The notes under the pieces are model-generated. The model saw nothing but the letters and a program-made list of their open reading frames with translations. It was not told the origin of the DNA and did not search any database. The position numbers and the translations under genes were made by a program. A stretch of 64,000 nucleotides of DNA from Thermodesulfobacteriota bacterium (lineage in GTDB: Bacteria; Desulfobacterota; Desulfobulbia; Desulfobulbales; SURF-16). The stretch covers positions 1,923 through 65,922 of the forward strand of contig JBFMAY010000023.1 of NCBI GenBank assembly GCA_040755455.1, in the 5' to 3' direction. Each line of letters starts with the position of its first letter. The stretch's first letter is position 1. Positions 36,334-46,510 of the stretch are shown here, piece after piece.

Positions 36334-37551
36334 ATGGCCCAACAGAAAAATCAGCAGTGGTTTCTGCTTGCAACAATTGCCGCCTATTGCCTGATCGGGG
36401 TGGAGATCATCATCATGATCTCGCCCTTTGCCCTCTATTTCTACTCAATTTACGGGCCGGTGCTGGAATTCTTTTCCTCCTCGCCCTACCTGAGCTGGAC
36501 CACGGAATTCTTTCTGCCCCACATGACCTTCCCCAATGATCCGGTGATCCTGGCCGTCTCCTATCTGCAGCTCCTGCTGCCCATCGGATTAGCGCTGTTC
36601 TTTTCCGCGGCAATCCCCCTGTACTACGGCCGTTTTACCGGCAAGGGGGTGGTGCGGATGAGTTTTTATGCCAAAATCAGGCACCCGCAGTATCTGTTTC
36701 TGGCCATCTCGGGCTGCGGACTCCTGCTCTACTGGCCCCGTTTCATCATCCTCATCATGTACGTCACCATGCTGTTTGTCTATTACCTGCTGGCCCGCAA
36801 TGAAGAGTGGCGCATGAAGCAGGAGGCCCCCGGCAGCTATGAGGCGTACATGACCAGCACCCCCATGTTCATCCCGGGGGAGCCGGGCGGGAAGATCTAC
36901 CGGCTCCTCTTCGGCTGGCTCCGGCCGCAATGGCTGGGCATTGCTGCCGCCTATTGGCTTACCCTGGTCTGTTGCCTGGGGCTGGCCATGGGCATCAGAA
37001 CATATACGGTCAAACAGCTGCCCGCGGTTGCGGTCAACTCCATGACCGTGTTGCCCGTTTTCCCCCGTCCGCCGGCGGAAGTCCTTGAGCTTTACGAAAA
37101 AGTCGCCTCCTCCGCCAAGGTGAAGCCATTTCTGCAGGGAGAGATGGGGGCCAATCTGGCCTATATTTTCCCCGGTGATTTTTTTCTCACCGCCATTGTC
37201 ACCGACGAAGACCGCCGTTTTTCCGATGATGTGATTGAGCGCTTTCCTGAGGTGCTGGAGTGGCACCAGCATAAATTCACGGGCGGGCCGGGCAAATTCT
37301 TTAAAATTTTTTATAACTATATCAGCACACTAGGCAGCGTGGCCACGGATTACCATGTTGAACGTTTTGTTTTTGTCCGGGTCAGCGATACCCAGGGCGG
37401 CCTGACCCCGCCCCAAGATGTTTTCAGGCTGGGGATGACGAGAAAGCCGGTCCTGCTGGTTGATGTCGACGCCGATGATCACCGCATTGTTGCCATCATC
37501 ATCCCCTCGGGAAAACATAAATGGGGCGCCATGCCGATGCCGTCTTTCTAG
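36334..37551 (+). CDS. membrane methyltransferase-like protein (ICMT/PEMT-type core) with ~215-aa unknown C-terminal domain
   Basis: About 5 TM segments, with RHPQYLFLAISGCGLLLYWP followed by EEW, as in ICMT/PEMT-type enzymes. RBS AAGGGGA. Confidence 0.55.
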   Translation: MAQQKNQQWFLLATIAAYCLIGVEIIIMISPFALYFYSIYGPVLEFFSSSPYLSWTTEFFLPHMTFPNDPVILAVSYLQLLLPIGLALFFSAAIPLYYGRFTGKGVVRMSFYAKIRHPQYLFLAISGCGLLLYWPRFIILIMYVTMLFVYYLLARNEEWRMKQEAPGSYEAYMTSTPMFIPGEPGGKIYRLLFGWLRPQWLGIAAAYWLTLVCCLGLAMGIRTYTVKQLPAVAVNSMTVLPVFPRPPAEVLELYEKVASSAKVKPFLQGEMGANLAYIFPGDFFLTAIVTDEDRRFSDDVIERFPEVLEWHQHKFTGGPGKFFKIFYNYISTLGSVATDYHVERFVFVRVSDTQGGLTPPQDVFRLGMTRKPVLLVDVDADDHRIVAIIIPSGKHKWGAMPMPSF

Positions 37552-37575
37552 CATCAGCGCTGTTTTTATCTTGGC

Positions 37576-38484
37576 TCATCCAATGGTCAGACAGTTGCGG
37601 CCGGCCGCTTTACTCCGGTACAGGAGGGTGTCCGCTCTTTTCATCAGGCTCTCCATGCTGTCATCATCCTGCACCATGGTAGCCCCAAGGGAAATGGTCA
37701 CCTGCAGCCTCTTGCCGCCATAGGCAATATAGGACTGCTCCACCAGCAAGCGCAGCCTGTTGCCCAGCTGCTCAAGATCCTGCGAAGAAATATTGCGGAT
37801 AATGGCGATAAATTCTTCTCCGCCCCAGCGGCCATACAGATCAAAAGGTCTGGAGCTGGCAATAAAGGTTTTTGCCACAAAACGCAGCACCTCATCCCCG
37901 GCGTCATGCCCATGGCGGTCATTACACTGCTTAAAACGGTCGATATCCAGGAAAAGAACGCCGAACGGCACATGGAAACGTTTCTTCTCTTCAAAGCGGC
38001 TCAGTAGTTCCTTCTCAATATAGTGCCTGTTTGCCAGCTGGGTGAGATTATCAAGCAACGCCAGTTTTTCCAACTCCTGCACCCGCAAGGCATTGGCCTT
38101 CTGGTTGCTGATGTCGGTAAACAGCTCAATGCCGCCAATTATTCTCCCCTCTCTGTCGCGCAGCACGCTGATGCGCACGGAAACAGGTATTCGGTGCCCG
38201 TCCTTGTGGTGCATATACACTTCCGCCTCACGGAATTTTCCGTCGGCAATGCTGTGGGCAAGAGGACACAGCCCCAAACAGAGGCTCCTGCCGCTGCCGT
38301 CCACATGGGTGAGAATGTTGTCGGAACAGGACCTGCCGATCACCTCAGCCGCACTGAATCCGGAGATCTGTTCAGCGGCCTTGTTCCAATACGTTATGGC
38401 CCGGTCCCGGTCGACAAAATACAGGCCGTCATGCAGGTTCTCCAGGATGGTTTCATAAGAAACATCGGCAAGCTTCATAAACAT
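37576..38484 (-). CDS. PAS-domain diguanylate cyclase (GGDEF)
   Basis: PAS segment (DGLYFVDRDRAITYWNKAAEQISGF), then DIDRFKQCNDRHGH, RWGGEEF and LYRSKAAGRN. Confidence 0.88.
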   Translation of the reverse strand: MFMKLADVSYETILENLHDGLYFVDRDRAITYWNKAAEQISGFSAAEVIGRSCSDNILTHVDGSGRSLCLGLCPLAHSIADGKFREAEVYMHHKDGHRIPVSVRISVLRDREGRIIGGIELFTDISNQKANALRVQELEKLALLDNLTQLANRHYIEKELLSRFEEKKRFHVPFGVLFLDIDRFKQCNDRHGHDAGDEVLRFVAKTFIASSRPFDLYGRWGGEEFIAIIRNISSQDLEQLGNRLRLLVEQSYIAYGGKRLQVTISLGATMVQDDDSMESLMKRADTLLYRSKAAGRNCLTIG

Positions 38485-38614
38485 TTCCTCTGCGGCGCTA
38501 TCTTTGTCCGCGCGCCTTTTCCCCGGTTACCCGAGCATTTTTCAACCCTGGATAAAAGGCGGCCGCACGCCGGCAGACCCTTATTGCCGGAGCGCAATCG
38601 TCAGCATCATGACA

Positions 38615-39829
38615 TCAGGCGTCAATACAGATGATTTCGCCCTGGTTTCCGGTCAGACTTCGCCCCCCCTGCTCGGTCACCGCAAAGGTGTTTTCAACCC
38701 CGACCATCCCCATCTGGGGAATACCAATTTTGGGTTCAACGGCCAGCACCATGCCCTGTTCAAGCGGCAGATCAAAACCGCCGGCCAGCACGGGATACTC
38801 ATCAATGGCCAGGCCGATGCCGTGGCCGACAAAGCCGACCTTGTTTTTGCCGAGCCCCATGAAGCCCGCGGCCCAGCCCTCTTTATCCGCCCAGGCTGAT
38901 ACGTGTTGCCAGATGTCGCTGGGCAGCACGCCGGGCTTGAGGTGGCCGACGATCCACTGCTGCACCGCGATGCAGAAATCCTGGGCCGCCTGCACCTTGG
39001 CCGGAATGGCGCCGCGCTTCCCCAGCCAGTAGACCTGGGTCTTATCGGTCTGGTAGCCGGCAAAACAGAAGCCGTTGTCAATGGTCAGGGGCTCTCCGGC
39101 CCGCCAGACCTTGGTTGCCGACCCCATATGCGGCACGGCGGGATGGGCGCCGCGCAGTCCCAGCGGGCCATTGAAGACACTGGGATAATTACCGCTGTCC
39201 CCGGCGGCAATATGGCCCATGAAGACCTCTTCGCCATAGCTGCCCATCCGTAAAATACCGTGATGGCCCTCGGCAAAAAAAAGACGGGACAGGGTGTGGG
39301 CTATTGCCATCTCGGTCATGCCCGGGCCGAGCAGGGGCGGCAGCAGCTCCGCCAGGCAGCGGGCATGACCGGTTCCAGCTTTATCAAGAATTGCCAGCTC
39401 CCAGTCGGACTTGGTCCCCCGCGCCATGGCCAGTACTTTGTCGCCAGGCAGAAATTCATGGCCGGCCAAGGCGGCGGTAAAACTGTTGGCAAGGGACCAC
39501 GACAGGCCGTTCATTTCAACGGCAACGGTTTTCGGCAGGGCGGAGCCGGCAGAATGCAAGACCCCCTCGATCTCTTTATAGGATCTGAAGGGGAAAATAT
39601 TTTCCAGCGGCGATTCGAGCCCCGCCCGGTCCTGGCCGCGCCGGCAGAGCAGAGCCGGCTTGCCCTCAGCCGGCAGCCAGAAGATGCCGTTGCCGAACGT
39701 GCCGCTCAGATAATAGATATTGACCCGGGAAAAGACGATTATCCCCTCGGCCCGGGGTAGACAGTTCTTCAGCAGGGCCCGACACCTGTTCCAGCGGTTT
39801 TCCAGTTCCCGCAGCGGCACTGTTTCCAA
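38615..39829 (-). CDS. M24-family peptidase (creatinase/prolidase fold)
   Basis: DNGFCFAGYQTD, HGIGLAIDE, EPK and ENT metal-ligand contexts. Confidence 0.78.
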   Translation of the reverse strand: METVPLRELENRWNRCRALLKNCLPRAEGIIVFSRVNIYYLSGTFGNGIFWLPAEGKPALLCRRGQDRAGLESPLENIFPFRSYKEIEGVLHSAGSALPKTVAVEMNGLSWSLANSFTAALAGHEFLPGDKVLAMARGTKSDWELAILDKAGTGHARCLAELLPPLLGPGMTEMAIAHTLSRLFFAEGHHGILRMGSYGEEVFMGHIAAGDSGNYPSVFNGPLGLRGAHPAVPHMGSATKVWRAGEPLTIDNGFCFAGYQTDKTQVYWLGKRGAIPAKVQAAQDFCIAVQQWIVGHLKPGVLPSDIWQHVSAWADKEGWAAGFMGLGKNKVGFVGHGIGLAIDEYPVLAGGFDLPLEQGMVLAVEPKIGIPQMGMVGVENTFAVTEQGGRSLTGNQGEIICIDA

Positions 39830-39901
39830 AACACCATTCTCCTGTGGCTGAAATTTGCTTAGATGATGTTCATGCTCTTTTCGCTAATCCCCCGGCCTTC
39901 A

Positions 39902-40336
39902 TCACCCGCCCGGCCGCTGCCCGTCCGCCAGGGCGGCAAAGCCGCCATAATCCGCGGCAAATCGCCTCATGCCGGAGCGGAGAAATTCCGCATAGCTCCA
40001 CTCCGCCGGGAGCAGCAGATAGGCAAATTCGTCCCTGATGACGTAGGTGTCGGCCGCCAGACTCTTGCCGTCCGCGCCGTCCACCAACACGGTGCGTCTG
40101 GCGTACATCCCGCCCTCGAAACGGTCCAGCCGCAGCCATGCCGCAGCTGGCACAGCGAGATAAACCAGCCCCTGGACAGCGGCCCCAGGCTGGCCAACAA
40201 TTGCCGGGTACTCCTCGTTGCTGATCCGGCAGCGCCGGTAATTGCCAAGCGCCGCCGGCGCAGCAGGTGGCAGGCTGCCTGCCACCTGCTGCATGATCTC
40301 GGCACACATCAGCGTTCCATAGGCAAAAAGATTCAT
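39902..40336 (-). CDS. gamma-glutamylcyclotransferase (AIG2/GGACT-like)
   Basis: N-terminal LFAYGTLM motif and E..Y in LDRFEGGMY. Confidence 0.7.
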   Translation of the reverse strand: MNLFAYGTLMCAEIMQQVAGSLPPAAPAALGNYRRCRISNEEYPAIVGQPGAAVQGLVYLAVPAAAWLRLDRFEGGMYARRTVLVDGADGKSLAADTYVIRDEFAYLLLPAEWSYAEFLRSGMRRFAADYGGFAALADGQRPGG

Positions 40337-40397
40337 TGGCCATCCCAGGTCATGGGCAATCTGCCAACAGCGCAGCTTCCCAGATAAATTTCATATC

Positions 40398-40964
40398 CTA
40401 GCGGCGCTGCAGGTTACCCGCGGCCAGCCGGCCGGCTGCCTCAAGTTTCTGCCGGTTGCCGTCCCGGTCCGGATTGCCCACGCCGATGGTGATATAGAAC
40501 TCCCCGGCCAGCATATGCAGGCCCCCTGTACCGATGAACGCCTCATCGCCCAAGCCGGTCAGATCAACGCGGCCATCGGCCAGCATCTTTTTTGTTTCGG
40601 CAAAGATGGTCTTGGGACTCTGCCCCGCTTCCCGCACCTGTTGCGGCATGAATGAAGCCTGCTGCACGGTGAGCTGCAGAAATTTGGCGGAATCGGGGTT
40701 GGCGGCCGCGTAGAAGCATTTTTTCATGCCCACCGCCTGCTGTTCATCATATTGCCCGTCTTTGACCGCTTCGCCGATCAGGCTCTCCGCCTCTGCCTTG
40801 GTGATGAGCGCACAGGGCTCTATGGGTTGGCAATCGGCAGGGCCTTTGGCCGCCTGGACCGCCGTCTCTTTGCCCCGGCTGCTGTCACTGCTCGGGTCAC
40901 TGCCGCCGCAGCCGGCAAAAAGAATGAGGGTGCTGACTAAGAGGCACAGGTATCTTTTTCCCAT
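40398..40964 (-). CDS. lipoprotein, function unknown
   Basis: Lipobox LFAGC after MGKRYLCLLVSTLI. The longer ORF-track N-terminus overlaps hisC and was rejected. Confidence 0.55.
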   Translation of the reverse strand: MGKRYLCLLVSTLILFAGCGGSDPSSDSSRGKETAVQAAKGPADCQPIEPCALITKAEAESLIGEAVKDGQYDEQQAVGMKKCFYAAANPDSAKFLQLTVQQASFMPQQVREAGQSPKTIFAETKKMLADGRVDLTGLGDEAFIGTGGLHMLAGEFYITIGVGNPDRDGNRQKLEAAGRLAAGNLQRR

Positions 40965-41013
40965 GGTTTCTTCCTTGTTATTGTGGTTCCTGCTTACCAG
41001 CCACCGCTGCCGG

Positions 41014-42087
41014 TTACGCGCCGAGTATCTGCGCCAGGGCCCGGCACAGGGCGGCGCACTGGTCGTCGGTGCCCACCGTGATGCGGAGAAACTGCTCGAT
41101 GCGTTCCTGCCGGAAATGGCGAACAATGATCGCTTTTTCCCGTAATCTGGCGGCGAGCTGCGCGGCGTCCCAGGCCGGATGGCGGGCAAAGACAAAATTC
41201 GCCGCGGACGGCAGCACCTCAAAACCAAAGCCGCGCAGATTGCGCGCCAGCTCTTCCCTGGTCCGCATGATCATTTGCCTGGTGCGGTCAAAGTAGTGCC
41301 GGTCCTCCATGGCCGCCACGGCCCCCCTGATGGCAAGGCGGCCCAGAGGGTACGAATTGAAGCTGTTCTTGACCCGCTCCAGGGCCTCAATGAGCCTGGG
41401 TTGGCCCACGGCAAAGCCCACTCGCAGGCCGGCCAGGGAACGGGATTTGGACAGGGTCTGGATGACGAGCAGCTGGGGATGCCGGTCAACCAGGGCAATG
41501 GCCGACTCACCGCCAAAATCCACGTAGGCCTCATCCACCACCACCACGGACTCCCGGTTGCTGGCAAGCAATTCCTCGATTGCCGCCAGAGGCAGCAGCC
41601 GGCCGGTGGGGGCGTTGGGATTGGGGAAAATGATGCCGCCATTGGGCCGCGCATAATCCTTGAGCTCGATCGCCAAGGCCGCGGTGAGGGGCACCGTCTC
41701 AAAGGTAATACCGTAGAGGCCGCAGTAGACCGGATAAAAGCTGTAGGAGATGTCCGGGAACAGCAGCGGCTGTTCGTGTTTCAACAGTCCCAGAAAGGCA
41801 TGGGCCAGAACCTCATCCGAACCGTTGCCGACAAAGACCTGCCCTGGCGTAATGCCGTAATAGGCGGACACCGCGTCCTTTACGCTCTCGGCATTGGGGT
41901 CCGGATAGAGGCGCAGGCTATCCCCCACCTCGGCCTGCAGGGCCTCCAGCACCTTGGGCGATGGTCCGTAGGGATTTTCATTGGTGTTCAACTTGACCAG
42001 ACCGGCCACCTTGGGCTGCTCGCCCGGAACATAGGGAGTAAGCCCGTGCACCACCGCACTCCAGAAATGACTCATGTTGCTATCCAA
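41014..42087 (-). CDS. hisC: histidinol-phosphate aminotransferase
   Basis: [18 protein letters not shown] and the PLP-lysine context [14 protein letters not shown]. Confidence 0.9.
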   Translation of the reverse strand: MDSNMSHFWSAVVHGLTPYVPGEQPKVAGLVKLNTNENPYGPSPKVLEALQAEVGDSLRLYPDPNAESVKDAVSAYYGITPGQVFVGNGSDEVLAHAFLGLLKHEQPLLFPDISYSFYPVYCGLYGITFETVPLTAALAIELKDYARPNGGIIFPNPNAPTGRLLPLAAIEELLASNRESVVVVDEAYVDFGGESAIALVDRHPQLLVIQTLSKSRSLAGLRVGFAVGQPRLIEALERVKNSFNSYPLGRLAIRGAVAAMEDRHYFDRTRQMIMRTREELARNLRGFGFEVLPSAANFVFARHPAWDAAQLAARLREKAIIVRHFRQERIEQFLRITVGTDDQCAALCRALAQILGA

Positions 42088-42191
42088 TTACCGTATCGCT
42101 GTTTATCTCATGCCGGGCCATGCCGCGCAAGCGGCAAAGGCCCACCCCGTCTGGTCTGCCGCATGTCGCCTGCGGCAGACGATTTTTCATG

Positions 42192-42791
42192 TCAATCCTC
42201 GCCGGCAAAGACATTCTTTACCATTTCCGCCGCCTCGGCAAGCCATTTTTTTCTCTGCTGCTCCGTGCTGACCACAACGATGCCGAACATCCGCCGCTGG
42301 AAAGCCGTTACCCCGCACAGGCCGAAGATACAATTTTTCCATAAGGACTCCAGGGGATCGCCGAAAACGGCAATCTCCCTTGCCGCGTCGGTATTGGAGG
42401 TGTTGAACACCAGGGCGGCCTTGGCCTGCAGCAGGCCGTGCGGCACCCCTTCGCCCCCGTCGCCCTCAAGAAATTCATAGGCCACCCCCGGCCGGATGAC
42501 CCGGTCCACCCAGCCCTTGAGGATTGCCGGGGGCTGGCCCCACCAGTTCGGATGAATGACAACAATACCGTCCGCCGCCCTGAGCTCTCGGCAATGGTCG
42601 GCAATGGCGGCAGGGAGCAGCGCATCCCTTCTGATTTCCCCGGCCGGCAGAATAGGATCAAATTTTTCTTCGTATAAATCATGAAAAAAGACCTGATGCC
42701 GGTTTGCCGCCAGCGCCTGCAGGACGACGCCGGCAATGGCGTGATTAAAGCTGTGCTTATCCGGATGGGCGAGGATTACGGAAATTTTCAT
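42192..42791 (-). CDS. flavodoxin-like NAD(P)H dehydrogenase (quinone) family protein
   Basis: MKISVILAHP...SFNHA and HPNWWG motifs of the NQO1/MdaB-like Flavodoxin_2 family. Confidence 0.78.
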   Translation of the reverse strand: MKISVILAHPDKHSFNHAIAGVVLQALAANRHQVFFHDLYEEKFDPILPAGEIRRDALLPAAIADHCRELRAADGIVVIHPNWWGQPPAILKGWVDRVIRPGVAYEFLEGDGGEGVPHGLLQAKAALVFNTSNTDAAREIAVFGDPLESLWKNCIFGLCGVTAFQRRMFGIVVVSTEQQRKKWLAEAAEMVKNVFAGED

Positions 42792-42818
42792 CTTTTTTCC
42801 CTCTGCGCAAGATTTCTA

Positions 42819-43289
42819 TCAGGGCCGTGGGGGCGTCCTGTCATGAAAAACGGCCCGCAGTTTCTCCACCCTTTTGCGGTTGACCCCCAGATCCGAATAG
42901 CCGAGCCGCGCTGCCGAGCGCACATGAATCAGGTGGTCCGCCGCCACCATCCTGAACTCCGCGTCATCGACAAAACGGAACACCCTGGAGGTGAAGGCGG
43001 CCCGCAGATACTGCTCCTCTTCCTGCCGGATTTGCCCTCCCGCATCCCGGATGGCCTCTTTCAGGGCCTGCCAGGCCGCCTCAGGCGGGCCTTGAAAGGT
43101 CAGGGGCGCAACCCGCGCCGAGGCCTTCTCCTCCTCGCTGGAAACGCAGTTCGGCCTGTCCGGACAGGGCCGCAGCCTGCCGTCAACTAGCGGCGCCTCC
43201 GGCGGCCTGCCGGTGCAGGACACGACCATGCACAGCAGACAGGGCAGCATGACCAGAACAAGCACATGGGGCGGCACACCTTTCATCAT
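42819..43289 (-). CDS. DUF1499-like lipoprotein
   Basis: Signal/lipobox VVSC and the RPNCVSS motif I associate with DUF1499. Confidence 0.55.
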   Translation of the reverse strand: MMKGVPPHVLVLVMLPCLLCMVVSCTGRPPEAPLVDGRLRPCPDRPNCVSSEEEKASARVAPLTFQGPPEAAWQALKEAIRDAGGQIRQEEEQYLRAAFTSRVFRFVDDAEFRMVAADHLIHVRSAARLGYSDLGVNRKRVEKLRAVFHDRTPPRP

Positions 43290-43316
43290 ATCTCTCCTCT
43301 TGCCATCAGGTCCGTT

Positions 43317-44027
43317 TCAGTCGATGCGAGTGCCAAGCCAGATAATGTGCCGCTCGCCTTGGGCGAGGCCGGTTAGCCTGACCCGCACCTCTTCCACCAT
43401 GAAACCCACCTTGTGCAGCCGCTGGGTAAAGGCCGGGTCAGGCCCGGCCGACCAGACGGCAAGCACGCCTGCGGGCCGCAGCGCGGCAAAGGCCACATTT
43501 AAGCCCTCCAGGCCGTAAAGCCAGTTGTTTTCCCGGCGGGTCAGCCCCTCGGGGCCATTGTCAACGTCCAGCAGAATGGCATCAAAACCGCTCTTGTCCG
43601 CCTGCATGACCTTGCGGACATCCACCTCCCGCACCGTAACCCGGCTGTCGGCAAGAGGACTGCCGGCCAGAGCAGCCAGCGGCCCCCGGTTCCAGGCCAC
43701 CACCGCCGGCATCAGCTCGGCCACCACCACCCGGCCGGCGGGGCCGAGACCCTGGAGGGCGGCGGCCAAGGTATACCCCATCCCCAGCCCGCCGATCAGC
43801 ACCCGGGGATGAGGACGGTCACTGACCCGGCCGCAGGCCAGCTCGGCCAGGGCATCTTCCGAGCCGTGCACCAGGCTGTTCATCAGTTCATCCTCGTCCA
43901 CCCTGATGGAGAACTCCCCGCCGCGCCGGTAGAGCCGCATCTCCGGGCCGTTGCCCGGTACCCGGGCGCTGTCCTCCAACGTCCAGGAAGGCATGGGCTG
44001 GCTACCGTGATCACAGGTTGGTGCCAT
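43317..44027 (-). CDS. spermidine-synthase-like class I methyltransferase-fold protein
   Basis: RVLIGGLGMGYT (SAM/dcSAM loop) and DAILLDVDNGP. The start is uncertain; ATG at 43994 is an alternative. Confidence 0.68.
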   Translation of the reverse strand: MAPTCDHGSQPMPSWTLEDSARVPGNGPEMRLYRRGGEFSIRVDEDELMNSLVHGSEDALAELACGRVSDRPHPRVLIGGLGMGYTLAAALQGLGPAGRVVVAELMPAVVAWNRGPLAALAGSPLADSRVTVREVDVRKVMQADKSGFDAILLDVDNGPEGLTRRENNWLYGLEGLNVAFAALRPAGVLAVWSAGPDPAFTQRLHKVGFMVEEVRVRLTGLAQGERHIIWLGTRID

Positions 44028-44040
44028 CTCGCCTAACCAT

Positions 44041-44397
44041 TCAATATTCTTTATAAACGGCGAATCCTTCTACAACCATCTCGTCGTTGATATTGATATA
44101 CTTCCCCTTCTCCTGCAACCAGATCTCGCCAAGATACCTGCCGAATTTTTCCTTATCATCCTGCAGTGTCTGCAGCAGGATATCCCTGTTTTCAATACGG
44201 CTGCGCAGATAATCCCGCGCGGCAAGGCCCCTCTCCCGCTCCTGCCCCCTTACTTCCGGGGTATTTATTCTATGTAATCGCACGGCCTCATTTTTCACCA
44301 TAATGTTCAACCCCAGGTCAATGTCGACCCTGATGGTGTCACCGTCATAAACAGACCGCACTGTCGCCTTGTAGTAGTACAGCTTATCTTCATGCAT
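44041..44397 (-). CDS. staphylococcal-nuclease (SNase/thermonuclease) homolog
   Basis: V.DGDT..V, RL..I.TPE and the R/E catalytic contexts are present. 118 aa. Confidence 0.72.
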   Translation of the reverse strand: MHEDKLYYYKATVRSVYDGDTIRVDIDLGLNIMVKNEAVRLHRINTPEVRGQERERGLAARDYLRSRIENRDILLQTLQDDKEKFGRYLGEIWLQEKGKYININDEMVVEGFAVYKEY

Positions 44398-44510
44398 TTA
44401 CATTTCCCCTGTCCTCTGTGTCCTGGCTGATCTGAGGCAAGCCTCCCCGGTCCGGCTTTGTGTCTGTGTAAATAAAATGGCCATATGAATGTCTAGCTCC
44501 TAAAGGGCCA

Positions 44511-45986
44511 TCAGTCGAAATTGAGGTTGAAGAATTTCACATCAAGATATTCGAAGATGCCCAATGAGCCGCCCTCGCGGCCATAGCCCGAATATTTCAC
44601 CCCGCCGAAGGGCATTTCCGCCAGACTGCCCGACCAGCCGTTCACCGTAACAATGCCGGCTTTGAGGGCGGACGCGGTCTGGTGCGCCAGCTGCAGGGAA
44701 TTGGTAAAAACATAACTGGCCAGCCCGTAATCCACGGCGTTGGCCCGTTCCACCACCTCTTCCAGGGTCGCAAAACCCGTAATCAGCGCCAGCGGCCCGA
44801 AGGGTTCATGCTGCATCACGGTCATGTCATCCGTCACGTTGGCGATGATGGTCGGCTCAAAGAAATACCCCTTTTGCAGCCCGGCCGGACGCCTGCCGCC
44901 GAAAACCACGGTGCCGCCCTCCATAACCGTTTTTTCCACCAGTTGTTCCATTGCCTGCAAACGCCGGGGATTGATCAGCGGGCCGATGTCCACCTCCGGG
45001 TCCAGGCCGTTGCCGATCTTCATCCTGCCGGTTGCCTCGACCAGGGCCCTGGTGAATCGCTCAGCAAGGGAATGGTGGACAAAAAAACGTGTCGGCGACA
45101 CGCAGACCTGGCCGTTATTGCGGAATTTGGCCAGGGCAGCCCCGGCCGCCACCTTCTCGGGATCGGCATCGGCATGGACAATGACCGGCGCGTGCCCCCC
45201 CAGTTCCATGGTCACTTTTTTCACCGTGTCAGCCGCCCGGCGGATCAGCTCTTTGCCGACCGACACGGACCCGGTAAAGCTGATTTTTCTGACAACCGGG
45301 CTGGCAAGAATGACGTCGGCAATTTCCTCCGGCCGACCGGTGAGAAGATTGAGGACCCCGGCAGGAAGCCCGGCGTCGGTAAAGCACCGGACCAGCTCGG
45401 CGGCACAGGCCGAACCTTCCTCTGCCGGCCGGCAGATAACCGAGCAGCCGGCCGCCAGGGCTGCGGCAATTTTGCGGGCCGGCAGGACCAAGGGAAAATT
45501 AAAGGCCGTAAAACCTGCGGCAACGCCCACGGGTTCATAGAGTGTCTGCAGCCTGGCATGCATGCTTCTGCCGGTCAGCACCTCGCCGTAAATACGGCGG
45601 GCCTCGTCGGCAAACCAGTCAATGATCTCAACCGCGCTCTTCACCTCGCCCAGCGACTGGGTAATGGGTTTGCCGCAATCGAGCACAACCAACCTGGCGA
45701 TGCCAGCCGCTCTCTCATCCAGCAGCCTGGCCGCCTTTCTCAACACCGCTGACCGCTCCCAGGGGGGCACATTGCGCCAGATGGTCAGACCCCGCCGGGC
45801 AGCGGCAATGGCCATCTCCGTCTCCGCCCGGCCAGCCTGGCAGGCAGTGGCAACCACCTCTTCCGTGGCCGGATTGACAATCTCGATTTTTTCCCCGGAT
45901 GCGGCCTTTATCCATTGGCCGTTAATGAAGAGATCAACATGCATCATGTCCGTCATATTCCTCAAGTCCTTCCTCATTATTGACAT
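44511..45986 (-). CDS. NAD(P)-dependent aldehyde dehydrogenase (succinate-semialdehyde DH-like)
   Basis: FTGS..VG, ELGG and the catalytic Cys in NNGQVCVSPTR. Confidence 0.9.
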   Translation of the reverse strand: MSIMRKDLRNMTDMMHVDLFINGQWIKAASGEKIEIVNPATEEVVATACQAGRAETEMAIAAARRGLTIWRNVPPWERSAVLRKAARLLDERAAGIARLVVLDCGKPITQSLGEVKSAVEIIDWFADEARRIYGEVLTGRSMHARLQTLYEPVGVAAGFTAFNFPLVLPARKIAAALAAGCSVICRPAEEGSACAAELVRCFTDAGLPAGVLNLLTGRPEEIADVILASPVVRKISFTGSVSVGKELIRRAADTVKKVTMELGGHAPVIVHADADPEKVAAGAALAKFRNNGQVCVSPTRFFVHHSLAERFTRALVEATGRMKIGNGLDPEVDIGPLINPRRLQAMEQLVEKTVMEGGTVVFGGRRPAGLQKGYFFEPTIIANVTDDMTVMQHEPFGPLALITGFATLEEVVERANAVDYGLASYVFTNSLQLAHQTASALKAGIVTVNGWSGSLAEMPFGGVKYSGYGREGGSLGIFEYLDVKFFNLNFD

Positions 45987-46324
45987 ACCCCGCCTGCCTC
46001 CCGCCCCTCATTGTCCGGCAAGTCCGGATTTTCCCTGCGCATCCGCCGTAACGGGGCGCATGACTGCCCACTGCGCGGCGATTGGCCGTATCGGGCAACA
46101 AGTCTTTATCCCCGGCAAAGACCACCTGCCGGATATGACCGCGTTGCATAATTATGACGTGGGACCTACAGGACTGACCGAGCTCGTCAAGGCATGGGGG
46201 AATTATTTAACACGGGGTGAGGGGCCTGTCAAAAATTACGTTTCCCTTTTATCCTGTTTTTCTCCAGGCCCTCTAACCAGGTTAGGGCGGCATCGGGTAA
46301 GCCGTTGTGAAAAAGACCGACATA

Positions 46325-46366
46325 AGGGGCCTTAACGAAATGGTTAAAAATTTCGTTAAGGCCCCT
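46325..46366 (-). terminator. 17-bp perfect-stem hairpin, probable terminator of the kinase transcript
   Basis: AGGGGCCTTAACGAAAT, 8-nt loop, ATTTCGTTAAGGCCCCT. On the minus strand it is followed by a T-rich tract (TTATGTCGGTCTTTTT). Confidence 0.5.
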
Positions 46367-46510
46367 AAAAACTCGTGTCCGCCCTGGAATATGGTGATGG
46401 TGGCATTGCCGGACGAACGGCGGAACAGGGGAGGATTATTGCCATAGGCGGGATCAATGATGCCTGTCTGCAGATGCGGCGGAACAGCTGCCCGCCGGCG
46501 GGACAAACTC

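Noticed and set aside
42154-42187. Hairpin GTCTGCCGCA-7 nt-TGCGGCAGAC followed by GATTTTT, just after the flavodoxin-like gene.
   Set aside because: The T-tract is on the plus strand, whereas both neighbouring genes are on the minus strand. As a terminator it would only stop antisense transcription. It was not called as a feature.
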